Part shown: one piece after another, positions 43,934-50,917 of the stretch
Layout: each line of letters opens with the position of its first letter
How positions within the stretch are numbered: the first letter of the stretch is position 1
IMG/VR virus record: IMGVR_UViG_3300027806_000001
Location: 32,001-96,000 of that record
Strand: one strand, 5' to 3'
Source of the DNA: a virus
DNA length: 64,000 bases
Program-made: the position numbers and the translations under genes
The notes under the pieces: model-generated
The model's database searches: none
Seen by the model: only the letters and a program-made list of their open reading frames with translations
Told to the model about the DNA's origin: nothing

Positions 43934-44244
43934 TCGTCCCCCTTCCGTATCGCGGCGTACCTAGAACGCCACCACTCGTCAAACTCCTGATCCGTCATGC
44001 GCTTGCGGTTCCATTCCCGAAGACACGCATGCATGCCGATGCGGGCTTGGATCGCATCCATGATGTATCCGCGTCGGCTGCGCCTTTGGTACTTCGGCGA
44101 TTCCGGCTCGCCAAGTCCGTTGCTCGGCCACTCCCATCGGTTCAGCGTGCACCACCAGACCGCCAGAGTTTGATCGCTCGCAGCCGCAATCGCCTTGCGG
44201 TCGTCGTCGGTGATTGCCGTCGTGCGTTCCGTGTCACTCTCCAT
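43930..44244 (-). CDS. Hypothetical protein
   Basis: 104 aa; its 3' end shares the AA(I/M)RKG junction repeat. Confidence 0.55.
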   Translation of the reverse strand: MESDTERTTAITDDDRKAIAAASDQTLAVWWCTLNRWEWPSNGLGEPESPKYQRRSRRGYIMDAIQARIGMHACLREWNRKRMTDQEFDEWWRSRYAAIRKGDE

Positions 44245-44719
44245 TCGCCTCCTCCTTCCGCATCGCGGCGAGCGTTGCGTTGGCTATACCTACGACATGG
44301 TCTGCGATAGCCTCTTGAGACACCCAGCCATCCTGACTGCAAGCGCCCTCAAGCGCCGCGCACACCAGCCGCTCGCGCAGGTTGCTGGCGGCTGGTGGCT
44401 GCGCCTCCAGTTCCGCCACGCGCTTCCGCAGTTCGACCATATCCCACACCCGATCCGCCTCCTCATCCTGATGCGCCTTGCACCGAGACCTGAGTGCGTT
44501 GTTTTCCTCCTGCAGCGCGTTCCGCTCCGCGATGAGATCCTTGATCGTCTCGGAATCGAAGCGCCTGCTGCATTGCGCCTTCAGCGCGTTCCGCTCCGCG
44601 ACGAGCGCGGTGAGGGCGGCGTGGTGTCGCTTCAAATCTGCAGTGTGGATGATCCCGCCAAACCGCTTCGGGTCTAAGGCGCGCAACAGCGCGTCGATGT
44701 CGTTCGTGATATCAGCCAT
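44234..44719 (-). CDS. Paralogue B of the LRERLV...AAMRK family
   Basis: DITNDIDALL...LRERLVCAALEG...ANATLAAMRK. Confidence 0.6.
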   Translation of the reverse strand: MADITNDIDALLRALDPKRFGGIIHTADLKRHHAALTALVAERNALKAQCSRRFDSETIKDLIAERNALQEENNALRSRCKAHQDEEADRVWDMVELRKRVAELEAQPPAASNLRERLVCAALEGACSQDGWVSQEAIADHVVGIANATLAAMRKEEANGE

Positions 44720-44987
44720 TCGTGTCCTCCTCGATCATCTCGACCACGATCGGGGTGCGAGGCCCGAGCCAGCCGCCCTCGATGTTCACGGAGCAGAACT
44801 CTGAGGCCTGCTCCTCGGTCATGCCGTCACGCTCGACCAGGAGGCGGACGATCCGCCCCCGGTCGTAGACCACCACCGCGGGCTCGCCGCATCGGACCCC
44901 CATGCCGACGACAGCGGCGTCGAGTCCGTCGAACATCACGGCCTCGTCGTCGCGCTCGGCGATCCACTCTCGTGTGCGGTCACTCAT
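44712..44987 (-). CDS. Conserved small phage protein
   Basis: DGLDAAVVG...VVYD...DGMTEEQASEFCSVNIEGGWLGPRTP, a recurrent phage family pattern. Confidence 0.65.
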   Translation of the reverse strand: MSDRTREWIAERDDEAVMFDGLDAAVVGMGVRCGEPAVVVYDRGRIVRLLVERDGMTEEQASEFCSVNIEGGWLGPRTPIVVEMIEEDTNG

Positions 44988-45322
44988 GCGCCACCTCTCT
45001 TCCGCATCGCGGCGATGGCGGCATCGGCTGCCTCAACGCCTTTCTCGATGTACGAACTGAGTTCATATCGCTCTGCAGGCACGGTGTCATTCCAGCTTGC
45101 CAGCATCACGGGAAACGCCCCCACGACCAGCCGCTCGAAAAGTTCGCGCCGTTGCTTTTCGAGCACTTTGTTCATCGCTTCGCGCTGAAGCTTGCACTCC
45201 TCCTTGTATTTATCCCGATCCTCGACGAGCCTGCGGATGGCTTTAGCCCATCGGAGATCGGCGGACAGACTGCCGTCCAAGTATTCCAGCGCCGCCTCGA
45301 TGTGGATGTCGTTGTCGCTCAT
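44984..45322 (-). CDS. Paralogue C of the RERLV...AAMRK family
   Basis: Start re-called at MSDNDIHIEAAL. Contains ELFERLVVGA...ADAAIAAMRK. Confidence 0.55.
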   Translation of the reverse strand: MSDNDIHIEAALEYLDGSLSADLRWAKAIRRLVEDRDKYKEECKLQREAMNKVLEKQRRELFERLVVGAFPVMLASWNDTVPAERYELSSYIEKGVEAADAAIAAMRKRGGA

Positions 45323-45720
45323 TCGTCCTCCTCCGGCGCGGTCACGGCCTTGCCCTCGTCGAACGACATGAGGCGCTCGCCGCAGCAGCCCCACTCGGCC
45401 ACCCACATCGGGGTGGACTCGCTCATGGTGAAGTCCCCGCCCTTGTAGCCCTGCAGGGTCCGGCCCATGACGTCCCTGCACTCCTGCAGGAGCTCCGAGG
45501 CCGGGCGGGTGCCCGCGCCCCGGGAGAACGCCAGGTCCGAGTAGTAGCCCCGGTAGCTGTGCCTGGCGCACAGGTTGTCCACCTGGGCGTCGCCCGGCAT
45601 CTTCTCGAGCACCTCGATCAGCTTGCCGAGGGTCATCTGGGTCCTGGACCTGTCGACGCGGCCCGCCTCGCTCATCGCGTCCACCAGCGCCTGAAGGGGG
45701 CTGATTTTTCCGTTGTTCAT
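45319..45720 (-). CDS. Conserved phage hypothetical protein
   Basis: Start re-called at MNNGKISPL. HSYRGYYSDLAF...GYKGGDFTM...TPMWVAEWG. Confidence 0.65.
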   Translation of the reverse strand: MNNGKISPLQALVDAMSEAGRVDRSRTQMTLGKLIEVLEKMPGDAQVDNLCARHSYRGYYSDLAFSRGAGTRPASELLQECRDVMGRTLQGYKGGDFTMSESTPMWVAEWGCCGERLMSFDEGKAVTAPEEDE

Positions 45721-46214
45721 TCCTTGTTCTCCTTGGCAGGGTCCTTCCCCTGCGATTCGATGAATTCTCCAAACACGTCCTTGTCCTCCGGCCACACCTC
45801 CTCGACCGGCCAGCCCGCCGCCATCCTGGCCTCCTTCAACCGCTCCCGGAGCTCCTCGATCTCTGCGGCATCTCCCTCGCACTTGACCCAGGCTCCCTCC
45901 TGGTAGCCCTGGGCATCCACCGACCGGGACCACTCCCACCGGTACCCCATGCTCTGCAGCTTCTCCACTGCAGCCTCGCCGACGATGTCGCCGCCGTCGG
46001 ACCAGATTGCGATCTCGTCGCCATCCAGGGACCGCCCGTAGACGGCCTTGGGGTTCCTCATGGGGTGGTCCGGATCCGAACCCTCGTCCACGGCCTCCTG
46101 GGCCTTCTCGACGACGCACCTGTAGGTCGCCACCAGCGTGCCGGACGGGGCGGTCCACGCCACCCCGTCGCAGCAGCCTCCGTCCGCACCGTGGGTTTCG
46201 CGCTGCTCGTTCAT
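45717..46214 (-). CDS. Hypothetical protein
   Basis: 165 aa, ATGA-coupled. Confidence 0.55.
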   Translation of the reverse strand: MNEQRETHGADGGCCDGVAWTAPSGTLVATYRCVVEKAQEAVDEGSDPDHPMRNPKAVYGRSLDGDEIAIWSDGGDIVGEAAVEKLQSMGYRWEWSRSVDAQGYQEGAWVKCEGDAAEIEELRERLKEARMAAGWPVEEVWPEDKDVFGEFIESQGKDPAKENKE

Positions 46215-46900
46215 GCTTCCTCCTTTTCTTCGGGTTCCGACGAGGTGTCGAGCTCGTCGTCATCGGCCAGGGGCACGATCGCCAGGTCCCGCCTGGAGGC
46301 CGCCCAGACGATCCGCAGGCAGGGCTGCTCCTTGCCCTCGCCGTCCTCGAAGGTGCCGTCCTCGAGGTGGGCGCCGAGTCCGTGGGCCAGTTCCCAGATG
46401 ACCTCCGCCAGGGTCTTCTTGGAGAGCTTGCTGAGGATCCGCGGCTTCTCCGCCAGCGGCTCGACCGCGGCCTCCTCCTCCAGCATCCCCACCTTGCTCC
46501 TCAGGATGTTCAGGATGCGCTTGGCCTCCAGGCCGCGCGCCTCGTCGGTCATGCCCTGAGGGAAGGCCAGGTCCCGCCGGCCGAGCATGAGGGCGACGTA
46601 GCCGCGCATGCCCGACTCGCGCACCTGGGCCTCCAGGGAGGCCTTGCTCTCCTCGTCCAGCTCGAGCTCGTGGAGCATGATCGTCCGGGCGACCTGGTCC
46701 TGGACGACCAGCTCGATCACGTGCAGCATGGCCTTGTCCATCTGCTCGAGGGCGGCCTTGTGCCGGGCCGTCAGGATACGGGCCTCGAGCAGGACCTTGT
46801 CCACGTCGAAGAACCTGGTCTCGAAGGGCAGCTTGGCCCGCACCTGCCCGATCTCCGCCCTCAGTCCGTCCATCTCCGTCTTGGGATCCTGTGGCTTCAC
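46211..46900 (-). CDS. Hypothetical helical protein
   Basis: 229 aa, GTG start overlapping the upstream stop. Confidence 0.55.
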   Translation of the reverse strand: MKPQDPKTEMDGLRAEIGQVRAKLPFETRFFDVDKVLLEARILTARHKAALEQMDKAMLHVIELVVQDQVARTIMLHELELDEESKASLEAQVRESGMRGYVALMLGRRDLAFPQGMTDEARGLEAKRILNILRSKVGMLEEEAAVEPLAEKPRILSKLSKKTLAEVIWELAHGLGAHLEDGTFEDGEGKEQPCLRIVWAASRRDLAIVPLADDDELDTSSEPEEKEEA

Positions 46901-47232
46901 TTCTTCCTGCCTTTCTTGTTGGTCTGCTTCCTGGGTGGAAGGATGGTACGCCTCTCAAAACACTCGATCATCTGCCTGACGATCTCGTAGTCCTCCTTCT
47001 TGGTCTTGCCGGGAAGCTCTTCCTCGGGCAGGTCGGCCAGCCAGTTGCGCGCACAAGAGTGAGAACTCTTGGCGATCACGTTCCATTTGTTTGGATCGTC
47101 GATAAGGCTCAGCTTGCTGCCCGTCTCCGGATACCTGAGGTACGTGCCAGACCCTCGGCACCGGAGTAGGTGGTAGAAGTGCACGAAGCTCTTCCTGATC
47201 TTTCCGTCTGACTTCCTGTGTCGCCTGCCCAT
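46897..47232 (-). CDS. Hypothetical basic protein
   Basis: 111 aa, ending NKKGRKK. Confidence 0.55.
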   Translation of the reverse strand: MGRRHRKSDGKIRKSFVHFYHLLRCRGSGTYLRYPETGSKLSLIDDPNKWNVIAKSSHSCARNWLADLPEEELPGKTKKEDYEIVRQMIECFERRTILPPRKQTNKKGRKK

Positions 47233-47235
47233 GTG

Positions 47236-47517
47236 CTACTCCTTGCGCTCGAGCGCGTCTTCCATGCGGAACACCTCGCGCCCCTCGGCGTCGAGGTACA
47301 CGGTCCGGGTGACCTCGTAGGTGCGCACCGTCAGGCCCTCCACCGTCAGTCCGTCCAGCAGGACGCCGGACGTCACGGTGTTGTCCCGGACGTACTGCTC
47401 CTGCCGCTCGTCCTCGGCCTTACGGACCAAGACTATGGCGATCATGCCGCCCATGACCGCGATCACCAGGATCAGCACGAGCACCCCCTGCGACCACTCC
47501 TTGAATTCCTTTTTCAC
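47236..47517 (-). CDS. Membrane-anchored protein
   Basis: TM helix VLVLILVIAVMGGMIAIVLV. Confidence 0.6.
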   Translation of the reverse strand: MKKEFKEWSQGVLVLILVIAVMGGMIAIVLVRKAEDERQEQYVRDNTVTSGVLLDGLTVEGLTVRTYEVTRTVYLDAEGREVFRMEDALERKE

Positions 47518-47819
47518 TTCTTCCTGCCTTTCTTCTTAGCCTGCTTCTTTTTGGACTTCCGGGGTCTGGGGGCGGTCGCCTTTCCGCCACCCTTGGCGTC
47601 GATGCCTCCAAGGGAGTCCGCGACGATCATCCCCGCGGACTCGACATCGTCCAGAGCCTCATCGATCGCGTCGTGCACCTGCTCGAACTTGTGATTGCCG
47701 AGCTCGGCAGCCTGATCGTCGGTCAGAAGCCGGTCGAACGCCAGGAGGGACGTGGTACCTTTGTGCTCCGCCTTGAGCTGCTTCAGCGCGGAGATGTACT
47801 CGTTGATGGTGAGGATCAC
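47514..47819 (-). CDS. Hypothetical protein
   Basis: GTG start re-called (ILTINEYISAL...). Ends AKKKGRKK. Confidence 0.55.
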   Translation of the reverse strand: MILTINEYISALKQLKAEHKGTTSLLAFDRLLTDDQAAELGNHKFEQVHDAIDEALDDVESAGMIVADSLGGIDAKGGGKATAPRPRKSKKKQAKKKGRKK

Positions 47820-48148
47820 TGCTTCCTGCCTTTCTTCTTGGTCTGCTTGGCCGCATTCTCGCGGCGGTGGATCTCGCTCCATAGACGTGGGCCGCCCGTC
47901 CAGGTCCTGCCCTGGAGCTCGATGTACGCATCCTCGATCAGGGCGGCCAGCTTGGGCGCGTTGCCGGTGAAGGTCTTGGCGTAGAAGTAGCCGTCCCAGT
48001 CGTAAAGAGTCATGCTGGCCGCGGCAATCCTGCGCTCTAGATCCTTGATGCGTTTCTGCGCCTTGAGCAGCTCCGAGGTCGCACACCCGCACGTCGCAGG
48101 CTTGGCCTTGGAGGATCCCGTCTTACGACTCTTTGCCTGCTTGCTCAT
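47816..48148 (-). CDS. Hypothetical protein using the Gly-array junction
   Basis: Start re-called at MSKQAKSRK. It has the same junction as the Gly-X ORFs but a non-repetitive body, and ends TKKKGRKQ. Confidence 0.6.
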   Translation of the reverse strand: MSKQAKSRKTGSSKAKPATCGCATSELLKAQKRIKDLERRIAAASMTLYDWDGYFYAKTFTGNAPKLAALIEDAYIELQGRTWTGGPRLWSEIHRRENAAKQTKKKGRKQ

Positions 48149-48447
48149 CCTGCCCCCTTTCCGTTGCCATCGCCATAGCCGTAGCCGCTGACGTAGCCAA
48201 AGCCATAGCCACTGCCGTAGCCGCAGCCTCTGCCGCAGCCGTAGCCTGTGCCATCGCTGCTGCCAGATCCAGTGCCACGGCCGTTGCCCCAGCCGTAGCC
48301 ACTGCCGGTGCCGTGGCCACTGCCCCTGCCATCGCCGAACTCGCCGCCGCACTTGCCGAAGCCTACGCCTCTGCCGGAGCCATCGCCCTCGCCGCAGCCA
48401 CTGCCGCTGCCGTCGCCATTGCAGTACTCGATGTTCTGCGTGCTCAT
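48145..48447 (-). CDS. (Gly-X)n array protein 8
   Basis: MSTQNIEYCNGDGSG...GNGKGAG, ATGA-coupled. Confidence 0.7.
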   Translation of the reverse strand: MSTQNIEYCNGDGSGSGCGEGDGSGRGVGFGKCGGEFGDGRGSGHGTGSGYGWGNGRGTGSGSSDGTGYGCGRGCGYGSGYGFGYVSGYGYGDGNGKGAG

Positions 48448-48764
48448 CCTGTCCCCCTTCCGTTGCCATCGCCCTCGCCCCTGCCGTAGCCCCTGCCGTA
48501 GCCTGTGCCGTTGCCCATGCCGCGGCCATAGCCAAAGTCGCCGCCTGCGCCGCCTACTCCGCCACCCACTCCGCTGCCATCGCCCCTGCCGTTACCCCAG
48601 CCTCTGCCGCAGCCGTAGCCTGTGCCATCGCCGTCGCCCCTGCCTTCCGCCCTGCCGCAGCCTGTACCGAGGTATTCGCGGTTGCCATGGCCCCAGCCCC
48701 AGCCGCTGCCGAAGCCTTGGCCGGCAATTGCTCCGCAGCCGTACTCGATCCTCTGCTTGCTCAT
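48444..48764 (-). CDS. (Gly-X)n array protein 7
   Basis: Start re-called at MSKQRIEYGCG. Confidence 0.7.
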   Translation of the reverse strand: MSKQRIEYGCGAIAGQGFGSGWGWGHGNREYLGTGCGRAEGRGDGDGTGYGCGRGWGNGRGDGSGVGGGVGGAGGDFGYGRGMGNGTGYGRGYGRGEGDGNGRGTG

Positions 48765-49162
48765 CCTGCCCCCTTTCTGCGGCCATTGCCCCAGCCGCGG
48801 GCCGTGCCGCAACCGTGACCTCTGCCCATGCCGTCGCCGTAGCCGCTGCCCTGGCCGTCTCCAGCAAAGAAGTACGGGCCGCCGCCGGAGCCCTGACCAT
48901 TGGTGTAGCTGGGGCCGAAGAAGCTTGTAGTGCCGTAGCCTGTGCCGTCGCCGCAGCCCTTGCCGTCGCCGTCTCCATAGCCATCGCCGCGGCCATCGCC
49001 ACCAAAGACAAAGCCATGCGCCGAGCCGTGGCCGTAGCCTGTGCCGTCGCCGCAGCCCTTGCCGCTGCCGCTGCCCCAGCCTGCGCCCCAGCCGTCGCCG
49101 TCCGCGTCGCCGCGGCCTGTGCCGAGGCTATTGCAGTTGCCTAAGTTGCGTTTCTTGCTCAT
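48761..49162 (-). CDS. (Gly-X)n array protein 6
   Basis: Start re-called at MSKKRNLGNCNSLG. Aromatic inserts FVFG, SFFGP, PYFFAG. Confidence 0.7.
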   Translation of the reverse strand: MSKKRNLGNCNSLGTGRGDADGDGWGAGWGSGSGKGCGDGTGYGHGSAHGFVFGGDGRGDGYGDGDGKGCGDGTGYGTTSFFGPSYTNGQGSGGGPYFFAGDGQGSGYGDGMGRGHGCGTARGWGNGRRKGAG

Positions 49163-49497
49163 CCTGCCCCCTCCCCGTTGCCGGCGCCCAGGGTTGCACC
49201 CCCGCCATTGCCAGTGCCGTTGCCGTTGCCCCTGCCGTTGCCCTGGGCTAAGCCGCCGGTCCAGTTCCGGCCATCGCCGTAGCCATAGCCGCCGCCAGTG
49301 CCGTAGCCGCCGCAGTTGCCGCCGCCGTAGCCGCTGCCACTGCCGTCGCCGTCGCCGCCGTAGCCGGTGCCGCGGCCTTGGCCGCGGCCGCAGCCCTCGC
49401 CGCTGCCGCTGCCCCTGCCCCAGCCTGCGCCCCAGCCGCTGCCGTCGCCATGGCCGGAGGCCGTGCCCTTGCCGTACTCGATGTTCTGCGTGCTCAT
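49159..49497 (-). CDS. (Gly-X)n array protein 5
   Basis: MSTQNIEYGKGTASG...LGAGNGEGAG. Confidence 0.7.
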   Translation of the reverse strand: MSTQNIEYGKGTASGHGDGSGWGAGWGRGSGSGEGCGRGQGRGTGYGGDGDGSGSGYGGGNCGGYGTGGGYGYGDGRNWTGGLAQGNGRGNGNGTGNGGGATLGAGNGEGAG

Positions 49498-49856
49498 CCT
49501 GTTCCCTCCCCGTTGCCGGCGCCCAGGGTTTCACCATGGCCGCTGCCACTGCCCATGCCGTTGCCCTTGCCATCGCCCCTGCCGTCGCCGCCGCCGCAGC
49601 CGCTGCCACTGCCCATGCCGTTGCCCTTGCCATCGCCCCTGCCGTCGCCGCCGCCGCAGCCGTTGCCACGGCCTGAGCCGTCGCCACTGCCGTCGCCGAA
49701 CCCGGCGCTGCCGCCGCCGTAGTTGTTGCCATCTCCCCAGCACCGGCCGTAGCCTTGGCTATCGCCGCAGCCTGAGCCGCTGCCGTAGCCCCCGCCTCTG
49801 CCGCAACCGTGGCCGGAGGCCGTGCCGTAGCCGTACTCGATCCTCTGCTTGCTCAT
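49494..49856 (-). CDS. (Gly-X)n array protein 4
   Basis: MSKQRIEYGYGTASG...LGAGNGEGTG, with an internal 60-bp tandem duplication. Confidence 0.7.
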   Translation of the reverse strand: MSKQRIEYGYGTASGHGCGRGGGYGSGSGCGDSQGYGRCWGDGNNYGGGSAGFGDGSGDGSGRGNGCGGGDGRGDGKGNGMGSGSGCGGGDGRGDGKGNGMGSGSGHGETLGAGNGEGTG

Positions 49857-50281
49857 CCTGCCCCCTTTCCGTTGCCGTCGCCCATACCTCTCTGAAACCC
49901 GTGGCCATAGCCGCAGCCCCTGCCGTCGCCCTGGCCCCGGCCCCTGACCTGAGCCGACGGGCTACCGTAGGGAAACAGAAGCCCTCCGCAACCGTGACCT
50001 CTGCCCATGCCGTCGCCGTGACCTTGGCCGTAGTCCGGCTGACTGGACTTGACCGTCCTGACCAGAGGCCCGCAACCGTCGCCAGTTCCGTTGCCGTCGC
50101 CGTGGCCACTGCCCCAGGGGGAGTAGCCTTCGTCGCCGCCGTAGCCGTTGCCACAGCCGGCGGTCGACCTGCTCCTGCCGGTGCTCCAGCCCCGGCCTTT
50201 GCCATCGCCTTGGCCTGCGCCATCGCCAAAGCCGCTGCCGCGGCGTGCAAGCGCCTCGGCTGAAAATTCATCGTTGCTCAT
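49853..50281 (-). CDS. (Gly-X)n array protein 3
   Basis: Start re-called at MSNDEFSAEALARRGSG. Confidence 0.7.
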   Translation of the reverse strand: MSNDEFSAEALARRGSGFGDGAGQGDGKGRGWSTGRSRSTAGCGNGYGGDEGYSPWGSGHGDGNGTGDGCGPLVRTVKSSQPDYGQGHGDGMGRGHGCGGLLFPYGSPSAQVRGRGQGDGRGCGYGHGFQRGMGDGNGKGAG

Positions 50282-50625
50282 TTCTTCCCCTTTCCGTTGC
50301 CTCGACCTTGGCCGTTGCCGCTGCCGCAACCATCACCAGAGCCGTTGCCGTTGCCGTCACCGTTAGCGGTTCCGCTGCCGAAACCGAAGCCGCGGCCGTC
50401 GCCCATGCCGCAACAGCAACCACGGCCCATGCCATCGCCGCTGCCGCTGCAATAGCCGGAGCCGCTGCCGTTGCCGCTGCCGATGCCACTGCCGTTGCCA
50501 TAGCCCCAGCCGCTGCCAGTGCCGTTGCCGTAGCCCTCACCTGTGCCGTTGCCGAACCCGGCGCCGCTGCCACTGCCGTAGCCCCTGCCGCTGCCGTCGC
50601 CATAATCGATCCTCTGCGTGCTCAT
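50278..50625 (-). CDS. (Gly-X)n array protein 2
   Basis: MSTQRIDYGDGSG...GNGKGKK. Confidence 0.7.
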   Translation of the reverse strand: MSTQRIDYGDGSGRGYGSGSGAGFGNGTGEGYGNGTGSGWGYGNGSGIGSGNGSGSGYCSGSGDGMGRGCCCGMGDGRGFGFGSGTANGDGNGNGSGDGCGSGNGQGRGNGKGKK

Positions 50626-50696
50626 CCTGCCCCCTTTCCGTTGCCGTCGCTGCCACCCTGCGCCGAGCCGTGGCCCATGCCGTTGCCTTGAGTCAT
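50622..50696 (-). CDS. (Gly-X)n array mini-ORF 1, 24 aa (possible remnant)
   Basis: My translation: MTQGNGMGHGSAQGGSDGNGKGAG*, coupled by ATGA at both ends. Confidence 0.45.
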   Translation of the reverse strand: MTQGNGMGHGSAQGGSDGNGKGAG

Positions 50697-50827
50697 TCGA
50701 AGTCCTCCGTCTCGTGGGGCTCCAGGATCGGGCACCCTGCGCCGACCCAGGAGTCCATGCATTTGTGGCACCACGGCCACGACTCGTTCTCGTCGTATTC
50801 CCGCTTGCAGTTATCGCACTCGGCCAT
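50693..50827 (-). CDS. Small Zn-finger-like protein, 44 aa, heading the Gly-X array
   Basis: My translation: MAECDNCKREYDENESWPWCHKCMDSWVGAGCPILEPHETEDFE*. SD GAAAGGGGG. Confidence 0.55.
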   Translation of the reverse strand: MAECDNCKREYDENESWPWCHKCMDSWVGAGCPILEPHETEDFE

Positions 50828-50846
50828 AAAGCCCCCTTTCAACGGT

Positions 50847-50888
50847 GCAGGGAGGTCCTCCGCCTGATGGCGCGGAGGACCTCCCTGC
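50847..50888. repeat. Perfect 17-bp inverted repeat at the predicted transcription start
   Basis: GCAGGGAGGTCCTCCGC-8 nt-GCGGAGGACCTCCCTGC, 1 nt from the -10 box. Confidence 0.85.
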
Positions 50889-50889
50889 T

Positions 50890-50917
50890 ATTCTCACACG
50901 CGCGCCCCCGCTGTTTA
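50890..50917 (-). promoter_or_regulatory. Early-type promoter TAAACA-N16-GAGAAT
   Basis: TAAACA GCGGGGGCGCGCGTGT GAGAAT. Confidence 0.7.

Noticed and set aside
33851-50691. Ala/Thr-rich (MAAATA...) and Pro-rich ORFs in alternative frames over the Gly-X genes
   Set aside because: They are frame-shifted readings of the same GGC-NNN repeats. Only the Gly frame has SD sites and ATGA coupling.
48145-50696. CRISPR array or integron cassette array
   Set aside because: The repeats are degenerate coding junctions with in-frame ORFs between them. There are no constant-length repeats/spacers, no attC palindromes, and no cas or integrase gene in the window.
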